Part shown: piece by piece, positions 52,683 to 64,000 of the stretch
How positions within the stretch are numbered: position 1 is the stretch's first letter
How the letters are laid out: each line of letters begins with the position of its first letter
Origin: Octopus sinensis
Lineage: Eukaryota
Length of the DNA stretch: 64,000 bases
NCBI RefSeq assembly: GCF_006345805.1
Contig: NW_021833885.1
Coordinates: 2,775 to 66,774, forward strand
Direction of reading: 5' to 3'
Made by a program: the position numbers and the translations under genes
The notes under the pieces: model-generated
Told to the model about the DNA's origin: nothing
What the model saw: the letters and a program-made list of their open reading frames with translations, nothing else
Database searches by the model: none

Positions 52683-53917
52683 GTATATATGTATGTATGT
52701 ATCTTTGTGAATGTGTGTGTTTGTGTTTTTGTTTTAATTTGTGTATTAGTAAGTTCGTAAAAGTAAGTTCGTACTTTTACGAGAACATGTGGTTGTTTTT
52801 TTTTTGGGGTTTTTTTTTTTTTTGACAGGTCGTGAACAGAATGAAAACAAAAGAATAAAAGGATTTTTTTTATTACCTTCGTGCAATATCAAAGGGTCAC
52901 GAACAAAAAAAATTAAAAGAAAAGAAATAAATTAGGAAAACAATTGTATCTCAGTAACCCTCTTTTGTGAGAAATTGTCAAATTTTACACGGAGCTTTAC
53001 ATAATTTACTGCCGTTCTTTTAAATATGTCGGTTTCTTAGCCACGTGTTTCAACATCCACGTGATAAATTAGTCACTTGGTGGAGATTCTGATGAAAATG
53101 TTCTAATATTCCTCGTGTTGATACGTATTCAATGGCAGTAGCATTAATTTCTGTATGTATCCCAAGGGCAGTCTTTTCTACGGATGGCATTATACATTGA
53201 TTTAGCCTATAACACATATACATGAGAGTCCAGCTTGTATTTATTCGTACAAGGAGAGTAAGACCAAGCAATTTGGCGGTGATCTTAAAAGAAATAGATA
53301 TATCTTCTCTCCATCACCAGTTTATTTCCTTTAGCGACACCAGTGATCTGTAAGATTCTTTATCTCTGCAAAGCTTCATTTCTCTCTCTATCTCCCATCA
53401 CCATTCTATCTTACCTTTCTTTGTCTGCCAATTTCGTCTTTCAACCTTTTTTTTTTTCTTTCTTCTTCACAGCATTCATTCATTGAAAGCTGATTTTGTT
53501 GTATCCATTTCTGAACACTTTTCTCTCTGCTAGAGGCATTTTCTGAAGAAGCTTTTTGTTAACTTGAAAATCAGAAATGTTCGATTTCTCATGGACGCGC
53601 CAGAACCAATAATAAACGTATTATTAATAAATTCCCGTTACACACACACACACACAAACAGAAACATACATACACACATACAAATATACATACATACATG
53701 CAATTGAAAAATTACATATATACATATATGCATGCATGAATACATACATGCTCACACACACACATGTATGTATGTATATATGTACGTATGTATGTATGTA
53801 TGTATGTATGTATGTATGTATGCATGCATGTATGTATGTATGTATGTATGCATGCATGTATGTATGTATGTATGTATGTATGTATGTATGTATGTATGTA
53901 TGTATGTATGTATGTAT

Positions 53918-54135
53918 TATGTAAAGTTAATCCAAACATGAAAGCACAAAAAAACACAACAACGCGAGGACGTGGAACAAATATAGTATTATTGGACGCT
54001 CAGGAAAGAAGGAAAGAAGGAGGGTTCAACGTTTCGAGCGGAGCTCTTCGTCGGAAACATAGGAGAAGGAAAGATCCAGAGAAGGGAAGACTGAGGAACA
54101 AAATCGCCAACGGCACACACGCGGTCACATTTTGA
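53918..54135 (-). mobile_element. Family D-related small element with hammerhead-like motif (54024-54058)
   Basis: GUUU CCGACGA A GAGC UCC GCUC GAAAC GUU GAAC; shares the ACGCTCAGGAA flank with family D; abuts (TATG)n. Confidence 0.55.
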
Positions 54136-55144
54136 ATTGCGTATTATAATACATGTATTATGTATGTATGTTTTTTATCAAACACATTTCCTTTATATAG
54201 TATAATACCTGTGTTACTTATATTTTTTTTTTCATTTATTATATTATACTTTTTATAAATCTCAAAATACGTCAATGTAGAAAAGAGAATAAAGCGTTCC
54301 AAACAATGACAACTTTTACTTTTTTCTCTCTCTTACAAAGCCAGAAACCGCAAAGTACGTCAATCGACCAACCGACATATGACTCAATATCTGTTCATGT
54401 TTCCTTTCTCCGGGTATGACAAAACTCGCGTATGTGAAAATAATTCCAACTGGAAATAAAAACTGGTTTTCGTTAACTAAGTTTTCAGCACACCTTCTAC
54501 GAGATCAAATACTCTCTCTTTCGATGGAAAATTATTAAAGATTTCCAACATACACACACACAAAAAAGAAATGATTTTTCGTGAAGTCGTACTACAGCAA
54601 GAAGTGAAATGCGCGAGACGGTTTCTAAACCACTTTTCTCTACCAAAAACTGATAATTATCTTAATAACTGCATTAGCACCTTAAAATATCTTCTTACAC
54701 ATTATAAATACAAGCCTGGTATCTAAATTAGAATTAACATGTGTGTACGTCATAAAATTGTCCAGAGACTACCAGAAAATGCGAATTCACAATCATCTGA
54801 CCAGTTACCTAAACACTTAAACAAAATGGTCAGCCATAGTTCTCTTCTCATCAGCACATATAGAAACCTATGCACATACATAATCACACACACACACATA
54901 CAAATACACACACGTACACGCACACACACGCACGCACGCGCATACATACATACATACATACATACATACATACATGCATACATACATACATACATACATA
55001 CATACATACATACATACATACATACACACACACATAAATACATACATACATACATACATACATACATACATACATACATACATACATACATACATGCATA
55101 CTACATACATACATACATACATACATACATACAAGGTGTTTGCA

Positions 55145-55830
55145 GTGCCAGTACTCATACCAACATTTGGGCTACTTGATTGGACGCTTTATGAGGTCCG
55201 AGCCTTTGATATGAAATCGCAGAAGATTCTAACCAGCACACATAATTTCTATACCAACAGCGACGTAGATTGTCTCTACCTAAAACGAAAACAAGGAGGC
55301 ATAGACTCAGCATCGATCCAAACTCCCTTTGAATGTCGTATCATATCCGTTCGGCAACATCTTTTTACCAACACGTATCGAAGTGCATCCTTGACCAAGT
55401 TTGCATATATAAGACCTGGAAAGCAGCTCCTTGAGTAGCATTCCTTGCCTGATAACCTTAAATACACGCCCAAAGAAATCGCATGACTTTACTGCAACGA
55501 ATCATCATATGAAAGGATGAGCGTATATCAGCAGAAGACTATGCCTGGATATGTTAGTGGAAACCTTCGGGATCGTAATAACATTAATCTTCAAAGTAGT
55601 CTCTTAGACCAACAACCGGTTTACTAACTCCCTCTTTGGAGGTATGCGTTTGCAATCCAGGAACAGGAAATAATCAACCAAATATCTGATGTACAAAAGG
55701 GATGCAGAAAAAGCCGTAAAATGTGACAACCGATACAGACTTTATGGGTTTCATACTGAATATATCACCCACATCATAAGCAGTTGTCTGAAAATGTCAT
55801 CACAGTATTATCTACCGATTCAGCGTGACA
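55145..55830 (+). mobile_element. Decayed R4/Dong-like (RLE-type) LINE fragment
   Basis: AVPVLIPTFGLLDWT...NSDVDCLYLKRKQGG; FAIQEQEI...KCDNRYRLYG..EYITHIISSCLKMSSQYYLPI (degenerate CCHC knuckle). Confidence 0.75.
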
Positions 55831-55884
55831 GAATGTGACAAGGCTGGCTCTTAAAATTAATTACAAGTACAATTCATTTTTTGC

Positions 55885-56013
55885 TGGATGTGTGGACTGA
55901 AGTAACATGATATAAAGTGTCTTCCTCAAGGACACAACACGCCGTCTGGGATCGAACTCACGACGTTACGACCATGAGCCTAATACTGTAACCACTTAGC
56001 CAGGTGTCTTCAC
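55885..56013 (-). mobile_element. tRNA-headed SINE fragment with V-domain-like segment
   Basis: Reverse strand: TGGCTAAGTGGTTA...GTTCGATCCC...GTGTCCTTGAGGAAGACACTTTA. Confidence 0.6.
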
Positions 56014-56077
56014 AGAAGAAAACACGCGCGCGCGCACACCACACACACACACACACACACACCACATACATACATAT

Positions 56078-56383
56078 ATCACATGATCACATGACAGACC
56101 AGACCATCAGATGTTGCTACACATCGCTGGTCACAATGCGTTCGCATTGTTTTAGCCTTCGAATGACGCCACCCCGCTGGCTAAGCGAGCAGGCCAACAG
56201 AAGAAAGAGTGAAAGAAAGAGTGGTGAAAGAGTACAGCAGGGATCACCACCCCCTGCCGGAGGCTCGTGGAGCTTTAAGGTGTTTTCGCTCAATAAACAC
56301 ACACAACGCCCGGTCTGGGAATCGAAACCGTGATCCTACGACCGCGAGTTCGCTGCCCTAACCACTAGGCCATTGCGCCTCCA
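56078..56383 (-). mobile_element. SINE family C, tail variant 2
   Basis: Family C head and centre with the alternative GATGTGTAGCAAC...TCATGTGATCATGTGAT tail. Confidence 0.85.
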
Positions 56384-57332
56384 CACATACATATATACAT
56401 ACACAAAAATATAGACATTCATAAAACACACGGAGACATACATACACACAAAAAGACAGTCAAAAATTTTAATATTCGTTTGTATATCTGTAGTTCACTA
56501 TCTTGATTTATTGAATAATAAATACAATCAGTTCTCTGTTGTTGTTATCGTGAAATCAAGCTGTTCGCCTTAGTTAACTATTCGTTTCATCATACGAACA
56601 GATATGTGTTTGAAGCAATATGAAAGCGAGACTCTTTAATAACAGAAAGGAACTAACTTCAAAATCGCTTACATCATGGACAAAAACGACATGTTAAATC
56701 ATAAAACATGGGATGATTTTCGACATAATAATTTAGTAATTCTTGGTTTGGAGTGCTGTAAATAGATTAAAATAAAATAAAGATGAACCGTGTGAAAGAA
56801 AATAGATTAATAGAAGATGGAAATAAACTGTCTTACACACAGAATTGAAATTGAAAAAGATGGTAAAATAAAATACATAGAAATATAAAAACAATGAAAG
56901 AGAATGGAAAATGGATGCTGGTAATTGAATTCTAATTGAAAAATAAGCAAATAACAACTAAATGAAGCAGACAAGAGAGAAATTATTCTGCTAAACTTGA
57001 CACTTGTCAAAACAAATTTTGTTGAAAGATCTCCAAAACCAGCCAGTTTCTCATTTACAGAGACATTGGTACATCTCTCTCTCTCTCTCTTTCTCTCTCC
57101 CCCACTCTCACTCACTCACTTACTCACTCACTCACTCACTCACTCACTCACTCATTCACTCACTCATTCGCTCACTCATTCTCCTCTCTCTCCTCTGAAT
57201 TTACGCACGCACACATATGTATGTTTACGCAATTGGCTGATTAACTGAATGGCTATAGGTGCTTGTTATATGCATACATACATACACACACGCAAATGCA
57301 TATATACATATATATGGATATGTGTGTGAATG

Positions 57333-57396
<64 letters not shown>

Positions 57397-57635
57397 GCGC
57401 GCGCACATGCACGCATTTATACTCACAGGAAGAAAGAAAAAGGGAGGACGAAAGAAAACGCATGTGTAAGTATGCATCATGTGTGTGTGTACACATGAAT
57501 GAATGAAAGTGGGAGAGAAGGGAGGGTGAGAAGGGAGAGAGGGAAGGAGAAACCCCTTTTTGCGTGTGAGACTAATGCAATGACTTTCTACCAAAATATT
57601 AATCGACTGCAACATTATTAAATGATTGTAGCATA

Positions 57636-57904
57636 GGCGCAGGAGTGACTGTGTGGTAAGTAGCTTGCTTACCAACCACATGGTTCCGGGTTCAGTCCCA
57701 CTGCGTGGCACCTTGGGCGAGTTTCTTCTACTACAGCCTCGGGCCGACCAAAGCCTTGTGAGTGGGGATTTGGTAGACGGAAACTGAAAGAAGCCCATCG
57801 TATATATGTACATATATATATGTGTGTGTATATGTTTGTGTGTCTGTGTTTGTCCCCCAACGTCGCTTGACGACCGATGGTGGTGTGTTTACGTCTCCGT
57901 AACC
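57636..57904 (+). mobile_element. SINE family A, 3' truncated
   Basis: Head and internal microsatellite present. Confidence 0.85.
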
Positions 57905-58111
57905 TAGATATTCCGTTGGGTCAAGTGTTGGACAGCTATGTAGGTGCATAAAACAATTAGGAAATGCATGGTACGTGCCACTAAATCATACTCGCTTGCA
58001 AGTGACGGCTACAGTTTAGCGTTTTATCTATGCCTCATCCAAAATATTTATAATTATAATTAAACGTTGAAATGTTTTATGAGTTAGATAGATAGATCTA
58101 TAGATAGATCT

Positions 58112-58179
<68 letters not shown>

Positions 58180-58219
58180 CGTGACATACACAGATACACA
58201 CGCACACATACATTTCTTT

Positions 58220-58486
58220 CTCTTTTTACTTGTTTCAGTCATTTTGACTGCGGCCATGCTGGTGCACCGCCTTAATCGAGCAACTCGACCCCGGAATTTA
58301 TTCTTTGGTAAGCCCAGTACTTATTCTATCGGTCTCTTTTGCCGAACCGCTTAGTGACGGAGACATAAACACACCAGCATTGGTTGTCAAGCAATGCTAG
58401 GGGGACAAACACGACCACAAACATACACGCACACACACACCACACACCACACAACACACACACACCCACCACACCACACACACCCC

Positions 58487-58550
<64 letters not shown>

Positions 58551-58727
58551 TATATACGACGGCTTCTTTCAGTTTCCGTCTACTAAATCCACTCACAAGG
58601 CTTTGGTCGGCCCGAGGCTATAGCAGAAGACACTTGCCCAAGGTGCCACGCATGCCACGCAGTGGGACTTAACCCGGAACCATGTGGTTGGTAAACAAGC
58701 TACTTACCACGCAGCCACTCCTGCACC
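58220..58727 (-). mobile_element. SINE family A, full length, expanded internal microsatellite
   Basis: All modules present. Confidence 0.9.
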
Positions 58728-59014
58728 TACATATAAAATTATTTCAACTCTTTCAAATCGTGCTGCGCTGTGCAATATGCTGTTTAATAAGAAGCCAACA
58801 AAAGAACAACTATGCAAATAAAGATAACCGTGATAGTCTAATTTATGATTGCTCTGTATAATAGATAAGCATTGTATACTGAAGAAAGACACCGAGGACG
58901 TCTCTGTTCAAGGGTGGTGAACAAGCTGTGAAACAGTCCGTCAGAGGGCTTCCTCTTTTTCCTTGAACGTAGTATCATATTCCCTTTCGTTTATTAACTA
59001 TGATGACAGCATAT

Positions 59015-59210
59015 ATAACGGGAAAGTTTACGAAAATAAACAAAAGACGAAGGCAGGTGGAGTACAAACAAACAAATGTATTAGTATAGCGCTCAGGAAT
59101 AGAAATAGAAAAAAGTCTTTTATGTTTCGAGCCTACGCTCTTCAACAGAAAGATACACAGAAAAAAAACAAGGAGAGAAACAAGGAGAGAAAAAATGAGT
59201 GTAGGAGCAT
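59015..59210 (-). mobile_element. Repeat family D copy (hammerhead-like motif 59116-59153, cleavage triplet AUA instead of GUA)
   Basis: Near-identical to 29653-29840. Confidence 0.7.
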
Positions 59211-59919
59211 ATATACATACATACACATATATGTGAGAGAGAGAGAGAGGGGGGGAGAAACAAAGAGGAGCGATAGAGAGAGAGAGATAAACAGAGAGGA
59301 GCGATAGAGAGAGAAAATTATGTGTACTAATTACACTATTTAACGTTAGCATATGTTCAAATGTCTTTTCTTATTAGCTTTATATATCTTGTTATTGCAT
59401 TAACTATTTATCCACATGATTATTTTAACAGCTCATTCCATAAGATAACCATCAATTCTATTTCTAACGTTGATATCAGTGACTACAACAAACTAGCAAA
59501 GTTTTTGCGCAGCAAACTGTACATAATCGTGGTCATATCTCAACTATTTCAGTACCACACCGTTCTCTACTGTACAAAAACACTTAGGTTTCTCTGTAAG
59601 GTCGTTTTACGCGACCATAATATTCAACCGCATTCGACTATCATTCTGGATATATATATATATTAATTGATTTGAAGACTTTATATTATTGGAAAACCTA
59701 TATAAAATTAGCTGAAGATTACTCGGCATCTTAAATCTGGTGTAATATTTACAGCTTTTAATAAAAGGTTGTAGTATGAAACAATTGTACTAAATTACCG
59801 GATCCATTCTTGTTGCTTATTTTTTATTATAATCACCCCGCATTTTTATGGGTAACACCTAAAAAAATTCTGGGTGCATCTAAATTAAGTGCCATATTCA
59901 TTTGAATCTAAATTGTTGG

Positions 59920-59975
<56 letters not shown>

Positions 59976-60101
59976 GTACTGATCCATGATAGAAAATTGA
60001 AATAAAAAAGTACACCATCTGGTGAGAGATAAATAGTATTTATTTAAAGGTCTCAATACATGTATTAAAACTCTACTAATAGTTTCATACGTTGAGAAAA
60101 C

Positions 60102-60169
60102 TCTTCAGGCACAAACCACATATCATAACGTCATGAAGTTCGTTATGATATACGGTTTGCGCCTGAAGA
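60102..60169. repeat. 29-bp-arm hairpin ending in CTGAAGA motifs
   Basis: TCTTCAGGCACAAACCACATATCATAACG / CGTTATGATATACGGTTTGCGCCTGAAGA. Confidence 0.8.
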
Positions 60170-60816
60170 ATATGTTTGCGTTAAGGATACAAGGAACAGA
60201 TGATGAAATGTTGGTAGTGATCCAAGAATTTTTATGGATTCTTGAAGGATTTTTCATTTGTTATATTTACTTTACATGAAGTATTAGTTACATTCTTTGA
60301 TTATCTCCCTTGAAAACACGTCCATCGTTTCCCCTTAACCTATGGTAGCGTTGCTGTTTCCAAAGTTTATTTTCGTTTCTCTATTAGTAATTTTACTCGT
60401 GTATCTATCTCAAAATGCGCCACAAACCATACTAGATTTCACTATTTTCTTTTACACACACATATGCGCGTGCACACACACACATGTAAGTGTATGTGTT
60501 TTTTCTTTGAGTTTTATTTAAGTTCTTAAGACAGTTCAAGACATTCACTAACAAAGCAATACATTTTAAACTAAGAGAGTTTTCTGTGTTTATAAATATG
60601 TGGTTGAGTTGGTGTGTTGATTGAGCTGTCGATGCACGCAGCCAAGTGCATGCATCTATTCATGTAAAGAATCGCAGATGGTGAATTTTTGGAATATCTT
60701 ACAAATCTTCACTCTACCCCTAATAGATTGGATTTGAAGAATTTGCGCTTGCTTCTTTTGCACTTTCTTCGAAAAAGCTATGATGTACGTATGAATGTAT
60801 GTTTTTATTTATTTAT

Positions 60817-61121
60817 GCGCCCTTTTCAAGCCTAGCCAGGCTCATGGGCCCGGTTTCCCGGTTTCTATGGCATGTGTTTCCACCCCCCTGCTGGACGGGA
60901 CGCCAGTCCATCGCAGCGTTGCTCAAGAAATAGGAAGAAAGAGTAAAAGAAAGCTGGGGCGAAAGAGTACAACAGAGGTCGCCACCACCCCCTGTCGGAA
61001 CCTCGTGGAACTTTTAGGTGTTTTCGCTCAATAAACACACACAACGCCCGGTCTAGGAATCGAAACCACGATCCTTCGACCGCGAGTCCGTTGCCCTAAC
61101 CACTGGGCCATTGCGCCTCCA
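60817..61121 (-). mobile_element. SINE family C, tail variant 3
   Basis: Family C head; tail related to 17802-17900; (TAAA)n end. Confidence 0.85.
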
Positions 61122-61959
61122 CATGTATGTATGCATGCATAACATTCATATATACATATGTATGTAGATGTGTAGTATTGATCAACAATGTGCGAGAAGT
61201 TACCAAACGAAGTAGAGCTTGATATTCAATGTAGGTAAATTTCCATGCTTGCAAAAACGCACATGTGTGTGTGTGTATGTGTGTGTGTGGTGTGTGTGTG
61301 TGTGTGTGCGTGAGTATGCAAGATATGTCGTGTGAAGTTCGCAATTATTTCCAAGAGTCTTTCTGTTATTCCTCTTATATATCATTGTATCAATTATGGC
61401 TCGAAATCCGATTCTTTACCCTTTTATTGAACTCTCTTCCTCAAATCATTATCTTCTTCATAGTAAACATCCAAATAATTAATATATATGCTTACAAACA
61501 TATGTACGTACACACGGATGCTTGTGCGTGCATACTCCAGTTCGCATATAAATGAATATATAAATACACACATATATATATATATAAGTATGTATAGGAT
61601 GGGATAGTTAATTGGACAAAAATATATGTAACTGCGTTTTCAGTTAAACTCTATAATGTGTTTACTGAAACCAACACCGTTCTCTTTTGATAAAAACGCC
61701 AAACCCACTCTAAGTACTGTTGTCAAAGGTGTTAATTAGTCCTTGCTAATCCTTATGATCAAATGAATTTTAGATATGATTATGCTGATATTTTCCTGCT
61801 TTTTTTATTGACATATATATATATAATGCCCGCGGGAATATGGCGTAGTGGTTAAGAGCGCGGACTATTAACCCCAAGACTCCGAGTTCGATGCTAGGCA
61901 GTGACCTGAACAATAATAATAATAATAATAATAATAATAAGATAATGATAATAATAATT

Positions 61960-62486
61960 GCCCTGATGCAGCACCAGGCAGTGGGTCTCATGGCTTCTGA
62001 TTTTAACTGATTGGAAGATTTATCATGTACATTGTTTTGTCTTGGTATAAAAGATGGGCTACAGCAAATATTCTGCTCAATACCACAGATTTGCCTGTCA
62101 GTTGTTTGACCTTAACCAGTTGACCATGTCCCTTAGTGGCTGACGATATATGCATCTCTGATCACGAGCAGAAGTAGTGGGGGAGCATCATAGCTATGTG
62201 TTGAAAGGAATTCTTAGAGGTTTGGATAATTCACTTTTGGAAACATGGGTGGTTCTTTCAACATCCTTAAACAATCCTTATTCTGGGACACTTTGAGCGG
62301 GATGGTCTACTCGACAAGAAAAAAATTCTTACTGGGCCCCACCTGCAAGGTCATGCGCTGTTTATCTTGATATGAGATCACCATGTCGCGCACATATGGT
62401 TGTGATGCATGTGCCTGGTGTACCCTTATCAGACTGGTAATCATGATGAGTATACTAGGCTTCGTATATTTTATCCCAGTGTCACT
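61960..62486. mobile_element. Unclassified insertion within the (AAT)n/(CAA)n tract
   Basis: Absent from the 16785-17065 copy. Confidence 0.5.
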
Positions 62487-62487
62487 C

Positions 62488-62521
<34 letters not shown>

Positions 62522-62635
62522 CAACAACAACAACAACACAACAACAATAATAATAATAATAATTATAATAACAACAACAACAACAACATCGAAAAATACC
62601 TTAGGAATGAGAACCCAGGTTCGAAATTTCCCCAA

Positions 62636-62681
62636 GACACCTGATGAAGACTGGAGGGTATATCAGCCGAAACGTTGTGTT
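62636..62681 (+). ncRNA. Minimal type I hammerhead ribozyme-like motif (canonical CUGAUGA core)
   Basis: GACAC CUGAUGA A GACUGG AGGGUAUA UCAGCC GAAAC GUU GUGUU. Confidence 0.75.
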
Positions 62682-63158
62682 AACAACAAACAAGATGAGG
62701 ATAAATATCCGTCAAATGTAAATAATGTAAATAATGTGGATCACATTGATGTTTTCATCAATCGTCTGATATATGTTTATCAGCGGTGCATCAGCATGGC
62801 AGCAGCTATAAGCTGAAACCACAAAACAAAAAAATATATATATATATAATTCAGATTGCTATTAAATATATACTTTCTTTCGTAAGATTCATCTCATTCG
62901 AATATTTACATATGTTTTGTGTGGCTGTGTGTTGTTTTTGAGTAGCTTCGGGTGAGCCTAAATAACTATATTATTGGTTTCAAATTTAGGCTCAAGGTTG
63001 GCAGCCACACGAGTTAAATTTTGGTTCGCAGGAGTGGCTGTGTGGTATGTAGCTTGATACCATATGCTTAACAAAAAGAAATGGGATGTTTACTGTGAAA
63101 AGACCTTTAATTTTAATATTTACTCGAGCAACGCAACAACTAACAACGCTACACCATA

Positions 63159-63631
63159 CAGGGTTTTGCAAAATTAACTATGTTTCAATGAAATTGAGCA
63201 AATTTTTTTTAAAAAACTGACAGAATTTTATGTTTATTACCAAAACAAATAGATTTATAAATCTTACGTCAAAATTTTATTGAAAATTTTCCGTATCTGC
63301 ATACTTCAAATCTTTCCTTTCCATTGTGAAATGCGTTTTAAAACATTTCCGGAGTTAGCTCTTGCACTGCTAACATAATGTGTTCTTTAAGCTCAGCTAA
63401 ATGATTGTTCCATCTTGGGGATGGAGGTAAAGAAAATGATTGCTACCAAATTGAAAAAAAGCTGTCATGGACAAAAAAGTGGGGTCCAACAAGAATGAAA
63501 ATAAAATTATAAACAAAATTCAAGATTTCTACAATTTTCACACATATTAAACATGATAAATATGAATAAAAGAGAGTTTTTTAAAATGCATCCGATTTCA
63601 CTCAAATCATCATTAATTCTGGGACACCCTG
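63159..63631 (-). mobile_element. Tc1/mariner-type non-autonomous relic
   Basis: TA|CAGGGT...ACCCTG|TA ends; minus strand LAELKEHIMLAVQELTPEMF*NAFHNGKERFEVC resembles a transposase C-terminus. Confidence 0.7.
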
Positions 63632-63784
63632 TATCTTATTTGTCCGACTAAATGGGTTAGGGAACACGGGGACGGGGACTGATTGCAGGTGGCGAGCGTA
63701 GCTTTCGGAAGTGGTCACGCGGCCAAACTCAAATGACTCTGAGTCACAACGGCAATTTGTTTTTATATATTTATTTCTCTTTTT

Positions 63785-64000
63785 TTCTTTTTACTTGTTT
63801 CAGTCATTTGATTGCGGCCATGCTGGAGCACCGCCTTTAGTCGAGCAACTCGACCCCGGGACTTATTCTTTGTAAGCCCAGTACTTATTCTATCGGTCTC
63901 TTTTGCCGAACCGCTAAGTGACGGGGACGTAAACCCACCAGCATCGGTTGTCAAGCAATGCTAGGGGGACAAACACAGACCACAAACATATACACACACT
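63785..64000 (-). mobile_element. SINE family A 3' half, runs off the window
   Basis: Tail module identical to other copies. Confidence 0.9.

Larger units (their letters stand above)
61832..62737 (+). mobile_element. SINE family E with Pol III boxes and hammerhead motif, interrupted by a ~530-bp insertion
   Basis: A box TGGCGTAGTGG 61841-61851, B box GTTCGATGC 61886-61894, (AAT)n, 3' module matching 16785-16935. Confidence 0.8.

Noticed and set aside
61832-61910. tRNA gene (also considered at 25340-25408, 26136-26205 and the family A heads)
   Set aside because: A and B boxes are present but there is no proper acceptor stem and the sequence continues into SINE bodies: SINE heads, not tRNAs.
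486-63954. Recurrent ORFs such as MRNWYLFNRPRKDERQSRPRR, FSFRLPNPLTRLWSARG and VVIPAVLFHHNFL
   Set aside because: Chance frames in SINE families A, B and C; they repeat because the SINEs do.
34-64000. Numerous ORFs reading [20 protein letters not shown] or YLSI
   Set aside because: Translations of (TA)n, (TATG)n, (CA)n, (AAT)n and (TCTA)n microsatellites, not genes.
1-64000. rRNA, snRNA, known miRNA, or prokaryotic/viral insert
   Set aside because: No recognisable conserved sequence and no gene-dense segment seen by eye.

Overview
Eukaryotic, AT-rich, repeat-saturated 64 kb with no gaps and no recognisable host protein-coding gene, so it is probably intergenic or part of a very large intron. 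The dense (TA)n/(CA)n/(TATG)n/(AAT)n/(TAGA)n tracts and the SINE families resemble those I recall from octopus (coleoid cephalopod) genomes; the taxon is an inference. Content: three abundant tRNA-headed SINE families (my labels A, B, C; about 45 copies or fragments, many nested or tandem), decayed LINE fragments (Tx1/L1, CR1 x2, RTE, R4/Dong), two Chapaev3-like transposase relics, a hAT MITE with an 8-bp TSD, a Tc1/mariner relic, a complete non-autonomous Helitron, and several foldbacks and local duplications. Almost all listed ORFs are microsatellite or SINE artefacts. Most interesting signals: (1) six minimal type-I hammerhead-ribozyme-like motifs with covarying stems in three small repeat families, one family being a tRNA-headed SINE that carries the hammerhead and two having non-canonical cores (CUGUYGA, CCGACGA); (2) SINE family B insertions and tandem junctions that repeatedly begin with GGTA, suggesting homology-primed integration and concatemer formation; (3) an inverted-plus-direct triplication at 42.1-43.5 kb that may be real or a long-read assembly artefact. 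All family assignments come from motif recognition by eye, not database searches.
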